From Arcobacteraceae bacterium (GTDB lineage Bacteria > Campylobacterota > Campylobacteria > Campylobacterales > Arcobacteraceae), in assembly GCA_048268245.1 (NCBI GenBank), contig JBLWVX010000015.1, positions 1-59,693 of the forward strand: a stretch of DNA of 59,693 nt. The letters are read 5' to 3'. Under the pieces are notes generated by a model, which saw nothing but the letters and a program-made list of their open reading frames with translations, was not told where the DNA came from and made no database searches. Each line of letters starts with the position of its first letter. Within the stretch, counting starts at the first letter, position 1. The position numbers and the translations under genes were made by a program. This document shows, piece by piece, positions 29,330 to 39,232 of the stretch.

Positions 29330-30676
29330 ATGGGTTTACTTAAGAACCTTCCAAAGGTTGACAAGTTTGTCAACAACAAAGCTTTTGAAGAGCTTTCAAA
29401 ACAGTTGATTACAAGTATTTCTAAAGATACTATAAATCAGTACAGAAAAGACATCTTAGATGAAAAAATCCAAGATTTTACACAAGATGACATCATAAAT
29501 GATGTACTTAAAAAGTACAAAAACATCACAAAACCTTCACTTCAAAAAGTTATAAATGCTACAGGTATTATCGTGCACACAAACTTAGGTAGGTCTTTGA
29601 TAAATCCTGATAGTTTTGATAGAGCAAAAGAAGTTGCTACTTCATACAATAACTTAGAGTATTCTCTTCAAGAAGGAAAAAGAGGTGAAAGATATGAGCA
29701 TATTGTATCTACTCTTCAAGCTCTTACAGGTTGTGAAGATGCTATTGTTGTAAACAACAACGCAAGTGCTGTATTTTTGATACTAAATACTTTTGCTAAA
29801 AACAAAGATGTAGTTGTTAGTCGTGGTGAACTTGTGGAGATTGGTGGAAGTTTTAGAGTTCCTGAGGTTATGAGCCAAAGTGGTGCAAAACTAAAAGAGA
29901 TAGGTACGACAAATAAAACTCATCTTAGAGATTATGAAAATGCCATTGATGAAAACACATCTATGCTTATGAAAGTTCACAAATCAAACTACTCTATTGA
30001 AGGTTTTACATCAGAAGTTTCTTATGAAGATATCATAAAAGTAGCTCAAGAACGAAATGTTATAGACTACTATGATATGGGAAGTGGTCACATGATAGAC
30101 TTACCTTACAATCTTGACTTAAGTGAACCTTCACTTATAAAATATATGAAACACAAACCAAGTTTGCTATCTTTCTCAGGGGATAAGCTTCTTGGTTCAG
30201 TTCAAGCAGGTATTATAGTTGGTAAAAAAGATTTAATAGCAAAAATCAAAAAAAACCAACTTCTAAGAATGCTAAGAGTTGATAAAATCACTTTAGCAAT
30301 ACTTGAAGATAATCTTACTTCATATCTAAAAGGTCAAACACAAGATATCCCTACTTTAAAGATGTTACATGAAGATGTTAAAACCTTAGAGCAAAGAGCA
30401 AACACTCTAAAACAAAGCATTGAAGATATTTGTAAATGTGAAGTTATAAAAACTCAATCTTTAATAGGTGGAGGAACTACTCCAAACAAAAAGATACCAA
30501 CAATCGCCCTTACTTTAGAGTACAAAGACTACAAAGCAAACAAAATAGAAAAACTTCTTAGAAAACAAAATTTGATAGTTAGAATTGAGAATGAAAAAGT
30601 TCTAATAGACTTCAGAAGTATTCAAGAGCATGAAGTAAAAGAAATACAAGAGATTATAAAAGGAGTTTTTAACTAA
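29330..30676 (+). CDS. selA: L-seryl-tRNA(Sec) selenium transferase
   Basis: VINATGIIVHTNLGRS, VNNNASAV, SRGELVEIGGSFR, FSGDKLLG; start moved to ATG 29330 because the longer ORF overlaps selC. Confidence 0.96.
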   Translation: MGLLKNLPKVDKFVNNKAFEELSKQLITSISKDTINQYRKDILDEKIQDFTQDDIINDVLKKYKNITKPSLQKVINATGIIVHTNLGRSLINPDSFDRAKEVATSYNNLEYSLQEGKRGERYEHIVSTLQALTGCEDAIVVNNNASAVFLILNTFAKNKDVVVSRGELVEIGGSFRVPEVMSQSGAKLKEIGTTNKTHLRDYENAIDENTSMLMKVHKSNYSIEGFTSEVSYEDIIKVAQERNVIDYYDMGSGHMIDLPYNLDLSEPSLIKYMKHKPSLLSFSGDKLLGSVQAGIIVGKKDLIAKIKKNQLLRMLRVDKITLAILEDNLTSYLKGQTQDIPTLKMLHEDVKTLEQRANTLKQSIEDICKCEVIKTQSLIGGGTTPNKKIPTIALTLEYKDYKANKIEKLLRKQNLIVRIENEKVLIDFRSIQEHEVKEIQEIIKGVFN

Positions 30677-32505
30677 TGTCAAATATTATTATAGGAACAG
30701 CAGGACATATTGACCATGGGAAAACTGCTTTAATCAAAGCTTTAAACGGTTATGAAGGTGACTCTACAAAAGAGGAACAACAAAGAGGGATAACTATTGA
30801 CTTATCTTTTTCTAACCTTACAAGAGGTCAACAAAACATAGCTTTTATTGATGTACCAGGGCATGAAAAACTTATCAAAAACATGATTGCAGGTGCTTTT
30901 GGATTTAACTGTGTTATGTTTGCTATTAGTGCCCAAGAAGGTATCATGCCTCAAACTGTTGAGCATATTGAGATTATCAATCTTTTAGGTATCAAAGATA
31001 TTGTTATTGTTATAACGAAAAAAGATTTAGTATCACAAGATGAGTTAAAAAACCAAGAAAAAAGAATCCAAGAGTTTTTTGAAGAGTATGATTTTGATAT
31101 AAACTTCATACAAGCTGTATCAGTTTATGACCAAGACTCTATTGAGTCTCTAAAAGAAAAACTATTTAGTATAAAAAACAAAGCTAAAAAAGAAGAAAAC
31201 TTCTTTAGATACTATATAGATAGAGTATTTTCTCCAAAAGGTATTGGTACTGTTGTAACAGGTACAGTTTTAGGGAAGCCTTGCGAATTAAATGAAAAAG
31301 TTTTTTTATGTCAAGGTGAAAAGCAAATCAAAATCAAAAACATCCAAGTGCACAATGAAAATGCCCTAGAAGCAAACATCTCAAATAGAGCTGCTTTAAA
31401 TCTACAAGGTATAAATGCAAATGCAATTCAAAAAGGTGACTTACTTAGTAAAAAAGGTTTCTTAAGAGGCTTTGATATGATAGATGTTTCTTTTAACACT
31501 TTAAAGCAAAAAGAGTTAAAACACAATCAAAAATATACACTTTTCATAGGTTCAAAAAAACTTGAAGTTAGAGTTTTACTTTTTGATTCAACAACAAGTC
31601 TAAAAGAAGGCTTTGCTACTATAAAAGCTGATGAAAAACTATATACTATTTTTGGTGAAAAAATCATCTTAAGATTAGGAAATGACACTATTGCAGGTGG
31701 AAAAGTTCTAAATCCTATAGCAGACCCTATGAAAAAAAATCAAAAAAGAGAACTTTTAGAAGCTCTAAAAGAAGAGAACTTTACTTATGCTTACAAAAAG
31801 CTTCTTGAAGCTCACAAAAAAGGTTTAGGTCTTATTTCATCTTCACAAAGATTTGCTTTAAGTCACGAAGAGGCTATCGAGTTTGCTAATAATTTAGAAG
31901 ATGTATATATTGATGAAAAAGAGCTTACGATTTATCCTATTGAAACAAAACAAGTTATTATTGACTTTATCAAAGAGATTTATACAAAAAACAAATATGC
32001 CCTACTCTCACCAGCTTCTATAAATCTTAGAATCAAATGGGCAAGTGAAAGCTTCATTGAAGATGCTTTAACTCACTTAGTTGATGAAGGATTTTTAGTT
32101 AAGAACAATAAACTTTATAAAAGTAAAGATATTGAAGAAGATTATGAAGACAAACTAAAAAACATAGTTTTAGAAAGACTTAAAAAAGAGCATATCACAC
32201 CAACAGCACCTTATAATATCTATGATGATTTAGACTTAGATAGAAAACTTGGAGATAATATACTTAAATTTTTAACTTCAAAAAAACTTGTTATTAGACT
32301 TCAACATAATCTATTTATTCATAGTGAAAGTTTAGATAGTATCGTAAGACAAATGAAAGCTATCATTCAAGAAGATGGATTTATTGAGATTTCAAACTTC
32401 AAAGAAAGACACCCTTTAAGTAGAAAATATCTTATTACTTATCTTGATTATTTAGACAACTTCTCAAATATTAAAAAAGATGGAAACAAAAGAGTATTAG
32501 CCTAG
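30676..32505 (+). CDS. selB: Selenocysteine-specific elongation factor
   Basis: GTAGHIDHGKT, RGITIDL, DVPGHE; C-terminal SRKY..YLDYLD winged helix. Confidence 0.96.
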   Translation: MSNIIIGTAGHIDHGKTALIKALNGYEGDSTKEEQQRGITIDLSFSNLTRGQQNIAFIDVPGHEKLIKNMIAGAFGFNCVMFAISAQEGIMPQTVEHIEIINLLGIKDIVIVITKKDLVSQDELKNQEKRIQEFFEEYDFDINFIQAVSVYDQDSIESLKEKLFSIKNKAKKEENFFRYYIDRVFSPKGIGTVVTGTVLGKPCELNEKVFLCQGEKQIKIKNIQVHNENALEANISNRAALNLQGINANAIQKGDLLSKKGFLRGFDMIDVSFNTLKQKELKHNQKYTLFIGSKKLEVRVLLFDSTTSLKEGFATIKADEKLYTIFGEKIILRLGNDTIAGGKVLNPIADPMKKNQKRELLEALKEENFTYAYKKLLEAHKKGLGLISSSQRFALSHEEAIEFANNLEDVYIDEKELTIYPIETKQVIIDFIKEIYTKNKYALLSPASINLRIKWASESFIEDALTHLVDEGFLVKNNKLYKSKDIEEDYEDKLKNIVLERLKKEHITPTAPYNIYDDLDLDRKLGDNILKFLTSKKLVIRLQHNLFIHSESLDSIVRQMKAIIQEDGFIEISNFKERHPLSRKYLITYLDYLDNFSNIKKDGNKRVLA

Positions 32506-32567
32506 CTAACACTGCTTTAATTATAAAATAAGTACAATTCCAATCTTATAAAAATTTAGGATAAAAA

Positions 32568-33113
32568 ATGGAACTTGTACTTATTGCAATTGCATTAGCT
32601 ATGGATAGTGTTGCAGTATCTATAGCTAGTGGAAGTAAATATAAAAATATAAACTTTTCAAACACAATAAAAATAGCAGCTTTTTTTGGTATAGCTCAAG
32701 GTTTGATGCCTCTAATTGGATACTATTTAGGTGCTTTATTTGCAGATTTTGTGGATAGTATAGATCACTATATAGCCTTTGTAATTTTAGTATTTTTAGG
32801 TTATAAGATGATACAAGAAGCAAGGCAAGATGACTTTGAAGATGAAGTAAAAGATTTAAAAACCAAAACACTTTTTATTTTAGCAATTGCCACATCAATT
32901 GATGCACTTGCTGTTGGTGTTACTTTCTCTTTTTCAAATACTGATATTTTTTATGCAGTAAGCCTAATCACACTTATAACTTTTGTTTTATGTATAGTTG
33001 CTGTTTATATAGGTAAATATCTAGGTGGTTATTTAGAAGATAAAGCTGAGTATCTTGGTGGGTTTATTTTAATAGCTTTAGGATTTAAAATACTAATAGA
33101 AGGATTAGCTTAA
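32568..33113 (+). CDS. mntP: Manganese efflux pump MntP family
   Basis: ALAMDSVAVS and AIATSIDALAVG repeats. Confidence 0.88.
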   Translation: MELVLIAIALAMDSVAVSIASGSKYKNINFSNTIKIAAFFGIAQGLMPLIGYYLGALFADFVDSIDHYIAFVILVFLGYKMIQEARQDDFEDEVKDLKTKTLFILAIATSIDALAVGVTFSFSNTDIFYAVSLITLITFVLCIVAVYIGKYLGGYLEDKAEYLGGFILIALGFKILIEGLA

Positions 33114-33118
33114 TATAA

Positions 33119-34744
33119 ATGAACTATACAAAAGAACAAGAAGAGATTATCTACTCAAAAGAACCATCTTTTAAAATAAATGCTGTAGCAGGAAGTGGTA
33201 AAACTACTACTCTTTTAGAGTATGCAAAGCAAAACAACCATCTAAAAATTTTATATCTAGCATACAATAAATCTCTTCAACAATCAATCCAAAAAAAGCT
33301 AAGTGAATATAACTTATCAAACATGAGTATTAGTACTATTCACTCTCTTGCTTATAATAAAATAGAAGCATATAGATATACTCTTGCCCATGATTTAAAA
33401 GTACAAGTAATTGAGAGAGTTTTATGCTCTTTTGAACAAACAGTAAATCAAAGAAACAACTACTACCCTATTCCTGAATATATTGCACTTATGAAAGACT
33501 TAGTAAACTTTTACTGCAACAGTTCACTAATAGCTCTTGATTTAAAACTAATAGAAAACTACAAAAAACAATCAGACTTAAGTGCAAAGATTTTAGAGCT
33601 TATAAACAAAGATACTTCAAGGGTTTTAGCCCATCTAAAACATATCTTATCATCTATGAAAAACAAACAAATAGATGCAACCCATGACTTTTATCTAAAG
33701 ATGTTTTACCTAAATAAAAAAATCAGTTCAAACCTTGGCTATGATTTGATTTTAGTGGATGAGGCACAAGATATTTCAGATGTGATGATAGGAATAGTTG
33801 AATCACAAAACTGTAGAAGGGTTTATGTAGGAGATTCTTTTCAACAAATCTACTCTTTTAGATATGCAATAAATGCTTTAAATAAAATAGACTTGCCAAG
33901 CTATAACCTTACAAAAAGTTTTAGATTTTCAAATGAATATGCAAAAGACTTACAAAGAAAAATAAATAGTCTATATGAAAAAAATAGTACTAAACCACTA
34001 AATATTTCAGGTATTGACTCAAAGACTTCTTTTCATAAAAACTGTATTGATGAAGATAAACAATATACTATTATTTCAAGGTCAACTTTTGGTTTAATTC
34101 AAGAGTTGGTTCATCATATTCACTCAGATAAAAAGTTTTATTTTGAAGGTGGATATAACTCTTATTCATTTATGAATCAAACTGTTTACTCTATTTTTTA
34201 TTTAAAAGAGAAAAAAAACGACAAGGTTACACTAGATGAAATCAAAGACTTTGAATCAATCTATGAATTAGAACAGTTTGCAAAAGACACAAAAAATCAA
34301 GACTATTTAAATATCATAAAGTTTATCAATACTTACGGAGATAATATCTTTGATATAAACAAAAAAATCAAGGATAGACTTACGACAAATAAAGAAGAAG
34401 CCGATATTATTTTCACAACAACTCATAAATCAAAGGGTTTAGAGTATGACCAAGTTTTAATGACAAATGATTTTATTACAAAAAAAGAGATAAGCAATCC
34501 AAAAAGTAAACTATCTCACATGCGAATAAACGAAGAGTTAAATATCTACTATGTTGCAGCTACAAGGGTTAAAAAAGCTATTGATTTAGCCTCTTTAAAT
34601 CTTGATTATACTTACAAAGAAGGTGATGCAGTAAGCTCAATTGCAAAACCTAGATATGCTAAAAAAACAAGCGATAAAAAGATGAAAGATTTACAAGAAG
34701 AGTGGCTTAAAAAAAATAGAGTAAAAAAAGTCGATGCGTTTTAA
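33119..34744 (+). CDS. UvrD/SF1 helicase-like protein
   Basis: AVAGSGKTT, DEAQD, VGDSFQQIY, SFRF, THKSKGLEY, YVAATR. Confidence 0.9.
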   Translation: MNYTKEQEEIIYSKEPSFKINAVAGSGKTTTLLEYAKQNNHLKILYLAYNKSLQQSIQKKLSEYNLSNMSISTIHSLAYNKIEAYRYTLAHDLKVQVIERVLCSFEQTVNQRNNYYPIPEYIALMKDLVNFYCNSSLIALDLKLIENYKKQSDLSAKILELINKDTSRVLAHLKHILSSMKNKQIDATHDFYLKMFYLNKKISSNLGYDLILVDEAQDISDVMIGIVESQNCRRVYVGDSFQQIYSFRYAINALNKIDLPSYNLTKSFRFSNEYAKDLQRKINSLYEKNSTKPLNISGIDSKTSFHKNCIDEDKQYTIISRSTFGLIQELVHHIHSDKKFYFEGGYNSYSFMNQTVYSIFYLKEKKNDKVTLDEIKDFESIYELEQFAKDTKNQDYLNIIKFINTYGDNIFDINKKIKDRLTTNKEEADIIFTTTHKSKGLEYDQVLMTNDFITKKEISNPKSKLSHMRINEELNIYYVAATRVKKAIDLASLNLDYTYKEGDAVSSIAKPRYAKKTSDKKMKDLQEEWLKKNRVKKVDAF

Positions 34745-35672
34745 AGTACTGATTATAATAGCAGTTTTTATAGCTATTATAAGTTCATATTTTATATTCA
34801 TTCAAAAGCCAAAAATAGAAGTGTCTTTTTATCATTGGAAAAATAGCTTCAAAGAAGAGAATATAAAAGAAAAACTTTATATAAAAGTTTTAGATATTTC
34901 ATACTCAAAAAAATTAGAGTTTGAAAAAACAAGATTTATAAATAAACCACCAAAAAACTTCATACCTACAGTTTATATCACAAATGAAGCAATGAAAAAT
35001 ATAAACTACAAAAACATAAGTAAGCTTATATTGGAGCAAACAAAAGCTTATAACTTTAATGAGCTTCAAATAGATTGTGACTGGTCACTTTTAAGTAAAG
35101 CAAACTATTTTGATTTATTAAAAGAGCTTAAAAATAAATCTCAAAAAAAAATAAGTGCAACAATAAGACTTCATCAAATAAAATACTACGCAAAAACAGG
35201 AGTACCACCTGTTGATTATGGAGTTTTGATGTACTACAATATGTCAAATATTACAGATATAAACACTAAAAACTCTATTTTAGATAATAGTATTGCAAAA
35301 AAGTACCACTACAATTTTGATGAGTATCCTTTAAGATTAAAACTTGCACTTCCTTTGTATAATCAAGCAGTTAGGTTTAGAAAAAATATGCCTTTAGATA
35401 TATTTGAAGGATTAAAAGAAGAGGATTTTAAAAAGCACTTTCTCAAAGTTGATACAAATATGTATAGAGCTAAAAAAAGTACCTATTTTCAAAAAAAGTA
35501 CATTTATAAAGGTGATATCTTTAGGTTTGAGCAAAGCTTAGAAAAAGACTTAGCTGTAGCTATAAATGACTTTTTTTCATTAGCCAAAAACCCTTTTAAT
35601 GAAATCATTTTTTATAGATACTCTTATAAAAATAGATATAATTTAAATCACATAATCAAGGATAACTTATGA
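34734..35672 (+). CDS. Membrane-anchored hypothetical protein with GH18-like barrel motifs
   Basis: N-terminal TM, ELQIDCDW, SATIRLHQ, PPVD.GVLMYYNM. Confidence 0.65.
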   Translation: MRFKVLIIIAVFIAIISSYFIFIQKPKIEVSFYHWKNSFKEENIKEKLYIKVLDISYSKKLEFEKTRFINKPPKNFIPTVYITNEAMKNINYKNISKLILEQTKAYNFNELQIDCDWSLLSKANYFDLLKELKNKSQKKISATIRLHQIKYYAKTGVPPVDYGVLMYYNMSNITDINTKNSILDNSIAKKYHYNFDEYPLRLKLALPLYNQAVRFRKNMPLDIFEGLKEEDFKKHFLKVDTNMYRAKKSTYFQKKYIYKGDIFRFEQSLEKDLAVAINDFFSLAKNPFNEIIFYRYSYKNRYNLNHIIKDNL

Positions 35673-37822
35673 TTTTAAAGATACTTTCTTTTGTTTTGTT
35701 TTTTACAATAAGTCTTTTTGCTTGTGCTTCTGGCTGGAATTTTCATGATAAACAATTTGTGTTTTTAGAGCAAAGAGAACTTCCTTTTTCTAATCACTCA
35801 GGAAACCTAAAAGACTCAGCTATTTACAATCAATTACATAGAGATTATGAAAAAAGAAATAAAGAAGCCAACTTAAAAGAGTGGCAAAAACAGTTTAAAA
35901 ACAAGCTTACTTTAGAGCAAATTGAAAAAATAGTTTATAAAAGAGAAAACTTAAATCTTATTAAAAACCAAGAGGTTTTAGGGTATCTAAAGTTTATAGA
36001 AAAACAAGAATCTTTAGTAGTGCCTCACTACTATTACTATAAAAAGAAAGAAGAAAAACTAGACCCTCAAACTTTAATAAATCAAGCTTTAACAAAAGTA
36101 GAAGAAATAGACTCCAACTATTTAAAACTAAGATACTTTTATTTAGCTCTTAGACTAGCCCACTACAAAAATAAAAATGCTTTAGAAATATATGAAAACT
36201 ATAAATATCTTTTAGGCAGTAACTCTAAAACTATTGTAAAAGACTGGATTGAAGCACTATATGCAGGAGTTTTAATCAAAAACAAACAAATAGCCTTAGG
36301 AGTTTATAACTTTTCAAAGCTTTTTGATAAATCAAAAGTAAACTGGCAATTAAGTTTTTATAACTTCTATCATATAAATACAAATGAACTTTGGGAAGAA
36401 CTACAAACTTTAGCAAAATCAAAAGAAGAAAAAGAGAAGTTTATAACTCTAAGAGCTTTAAATACAAATGCAAATACTCTAATAGAACTTCAAAATCTAT
36501 ATGAACTAAATCCTAATTCTAAATGGTTTGACTTTTTACTTTACAGACAGCTTTTAGATACTCAACACTTCTTTGATGAACATACTTTATACGAAAGGGA
36601 TTTTCAAATAAAAGAGTATATTAACTTTTTAGAATCTATTTCAAAAGATGATATGTATTTGATTGATTTATCACTTGCATATTTTTATTTATATGATGGA
36701 AACATCAAAAAAGCCAAAGAGTTCTCAGATAAACTACTAAAAATAAATAGTAATCATGAAACAAAAACTTTAAGTTATTTAATATATTTAAATAAGCTAA
36801 AAGAAATAAACTTAGAAGATGAAAACAGTATCTATGAAAGAATGTCTCAACTTTTAAAAGAGCATAAAGAAAAATGCCAAAACTCTGATTCTATTCATAA
36901 CTATACTTTCAAAAAACTAGAAAAGCTTTATAAAGCTCAAAATGATGAGTTAAAAATGATTTTAAGTGCAAGCGTAAACTACTTAAATTCTACTATATTT
37001 GATTTAAAAAGTATAGAAGAGTTTAAAACTTTTATAAATAAAAAGCCTCAATCAAAACTTGAAGAGTACTTAATAAAACAATATAAAAAAAGAGCTTATA
37101 TTTTAGAAGAAAAAGAGAGTTTTATCTTATCAGAAAACCTAAAAAACACAAATACAAAGCTACTTATAAATAATCTACAATTTAAAAAAGCTCTTGACAT
37201 AAATGCAAAGCTTTTAAGTGAAAAAATCAGGTTTAATCCTTTTAATGTAAATATCAAAGGAAACAATAGAGAAGGTAAACAATATACTTACACAACTAAG
37301 CAGTTTTTAGAAAAAATTCTAGAAATCAAAAAACAAATAGCTTTAAACCCAAAAAGTGTAATAGATAACTATTTATATGCAAATGCTTTATATAACTTAA
37401 GTTATTTTGGAAACTCAAATAGTTTAACTACTGTATATAGAAGTGTTTACTCTTTTAAAGATAAAGACCTAGAAAAGCAAAAAATAGACTTATCAATAAA
37501 ACACTATAAGCAAGCACTAAAATACGCAAAAAATAAAGAGTTTAAAGCAAAAATAGTTTATATGTTAGCAAAATCTGAACTAGCTTCTTTTGATATAAAA
37601 TTTTCACAAAAAAGAGAACCTTATTATATAACAGACAAAGAAAGCTATGAGCCTGGGAGATTTTGGGTATACTCAAAATCAAAAGTCTATAAAAAATACT
37701 TAGAAAATGGCTATGGCGAGTTTTTTAAAGAATTAGACAAAGAGTATTCTAATACAAAATACTATGAGGAACTAATCAAAGAGTGTACTAACCTAAGAAT
37801 ATATAAAAAAGAAATTAGATAA
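35669..37822 (+). CDS. Large secreted helical (TPR-like) hypothetical protein
   Basis: Signal peptide ending FAC; helical repeats; overlaps the upstream gene. Confidence 0.7.
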   Translation: MILKILSFVLFFTISLFACASGWNFHDKQFVFLEQRELPFSNHSGNLKDSAIYNQLHRDYEKRNKEANLKEWQKQFKNKLTLEQIEKIVYKRENLNLIKNQEVLGYLKFIEKQESLVVPHYYYYKKKEEKLDPQTLINQALTKVEEIDSNYLKLRYFYLALRLAHYKNKNALEIYENYKYLLGSNSKTIVKDWIEALYAGVLIKNKQIALGVYNFSKLFDKSKVNWQLSFYNFYHINTNELWEELQTLAKSKEEKEKFITLRALNTNANTLIELQNLYELNPNSKWFDFLLYRQLLDTQHFFDEHTLYERDFQIKEYINFLESISKDDMYLIDLSLAYFYLYDGNIKKAKEFSDKLLKINSNHETKTLSYLIYLNKLKEINLEDENSIYERMSQLLKEHKEKCQNSDSIHNYTFKKLEKLYKAQNDELKMILSASVNYLNSTIFDLKSIEEFKTFINKKPQSKLEEYLIKQYKKRAYILEEKESFILSENLKNTNTKLLINNLQFKKALDINAKLLSEKIRFNPFNVNIKGNNREGKQYTYTTKQFLEKILEIKKQIALNPKSVIDNYLYANALYNLSYFGNSNSLTTVYRSVYSFKDKDLEKQKIDLSIKHYKQALKYAKNKEFKAKIVYMLAKSELASFDIKFSQKREPYYITDKESYEPGRFWVYSKSKVYKKYLENGYGEFFKELDKEYSNTKYYEELIKECTNLRIYKKEIR

Positions 37823-37851
37823 CATTCAAACATAAATATACAAGGAAAAAA

Positions 37852-38601
37852 ATGCAATATTTTGGAACATTTGAGACTAAATATGAAGAAGTTTTTTTAA
37901 CTTCAAGTTATATGTATTTCAACTATGATGAAGATGACGTAATAACAGCAAAAGATTTAAAACAAAAAATCAAAACAAATAAAGATAGAAAGAAAAACAT
38001 TATAGGTACAGTTTACTTATACAATCCAGTTGTAACTCCTGTAGGTTATGATTCAAATACTTTTCTTTTAGATCAAGACTTTGATCAATGGGGTGATTTT
38101 GTAGAAATTAAAGGTGAAAACTATATCACTATTTTTAAACAAGCTATGAAAGAGCAATGTAAAGGTAAAATTGTAGAGTTTAAAAATCTATTTAATCTTG
38201 TGGAGCAAAATATTGATGCTTCTTCACTTCTTATGAAGTTCAACTCAGACTTAGAAAAATACAACTCTTTCCAAAACACAGAATTTGATAGAGATATTAT
38301 GTATTTAGATGCAGCAAACTTAATACCAAATGGAAAGTTTGTATTTTTTGCATGGGGTGATAAGATTAGAGAAAAAGAATTTCCTTATATCAATGACTAT
38401 GCAAAGCTATTATATGAAAATGTTTTAAAACTTGGAAAGAAAGAAGCTTTTGTTTTTAAAGAAGAAAAAACAAAAGAAGGTGCTATTGAGTACTTACAAT
38501 TCTCAAATCCAATGCAAAATATAAAAAACAAGAACTCAATAAGCGAAGCAATTAAGAAATCATTCGAACAATTTCCACCTGTTCCGACACCTTATAAGTA
38601 A
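37852..38601 (+). CDS. Hypothetical protein
   Basis: 249-aa ORF with AAGGA RBS. Confidence 0.75.
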   Translation: MQYFGTFETKYEEVFLTSSYMYFNYDEDDVITAKDLKQKIKTNKDRKKNIIGTVYLYNPVVTPVGYDSNTFLLDQDFDQWGDFVEIKGENYITIFKQAMKEQCKGKIVEFKNLFNLVEQNIDASSLLMKFNSDLEKYNSFQNTEFDRDIMYLDAANLIPNGKFVFFAWGDKIREKEFPYINDYAKLLYENVLKLGKKEAFVFKEEKTKEGAIEYLQFSNPMQNIKNKNSISEAIKKSFEQFPPVPTPYK

Positions 38602-38716
38602 AAAAGATTATATAAAAATAGTCTTTTTTGCTTATTTTGAAAAAAAATAAATTTAGACAGAAATTTCAGGTTACTTTAATAAACAACCTATTATAATTTC
38701 ACCCACTTAAACGGAA

Positions 38717-38791
38717 TGGGGTATCGCCAAGCGGTAAGGCAACGGTTTTTGGTATCGTTATTCGGGGGTTCGAATCCCTCTACCCCATCCA
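38717..38791 (+). tRNA. tRNA-Gln(TTG)
   Basis: TGGGGTA/TACCCCA acceptor, TT-TTG-GT loop, TTCGAAT, CCA end. Confidence 0.95.
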
Positions 38792-38817
38792 CTAAGTACG
38801 TTATTTTATATCTCAAT

Positions 38818-38902
38818 GGTGAGGTTGGAGAGTGGTCAAATCCTGCGGATTGTAAATCCGCCGCCTACGGCTTCGAAGGTTCAAATCCTTCCCTCACCAC
38901 CA
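38818..38902 (+). tRNA. tRNA-Tyr(GTA)
   Basis: GGTGAGG/CCTCACC acceptor, GCGGA-TT-GTA-AA-TCCGC arm, long variable arm, CCA end. Confidence 0.95.
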
Positions 38903-38912
38903 CTTAAGTAAT

Positions 38913-38988
38913 GGTTCGATAGCTCAGTCGGTAGAGCAAAGGATTGAAAATCCTTGTGTCGGCAGTTCGATTCTGCCTCGAACCACCA
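38913..38988 (+). tRNA. tRNA-Phe(GAA)
   Basis: GGTTCGA/TCGAACC acceptor, AAGGA-TT-GAA-AA-TCCTT arm, CCA end. Confidence 0.95.
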
Positions 38989-39010
38989 CTTAAAAAATTA
39001 TACACTGTGT

Positions 39011-39097
39011 GCGAGTGTGGCGGAATAGGTAGACGCGTGGGACTTAAAATCCCATTCCGGTTTCGGAGTGTGAGTTCGATTCTCACCATTCGCACCA
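39011..39097 (+). tRNA. tRNA-Leu(TAA)
   Basis: GCGAGTG/CATTCGC acceptor, TGGGA-CT-TAA-AA-TCCCA arm, long variable arm, CCA end. Confidence 0.95.
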
Positions 39098-39232
39098 CCT
39101 TTTAAATAAACAAAAATCAAACATTCAAAACCTACTTGATAAACTCAATAATCATTAAATACTTAAATATATTTTTATTAAACTATGATAAAATATAATA
39201 TCAAAATAATTTATTATAAAGTGAACTTTACT

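Noticed and set aside
29158..29379. 73-aa minus ORF and the N-terminal extension of selA from 29234
   Set aside because: Both overlap tRNA-Sec; selA most likely starts at 29330
38716..39098. Two short ORFs (38716-38907 plus, 38904-39098 minus)
   Set aside because: They coincide with the four tRNA genes
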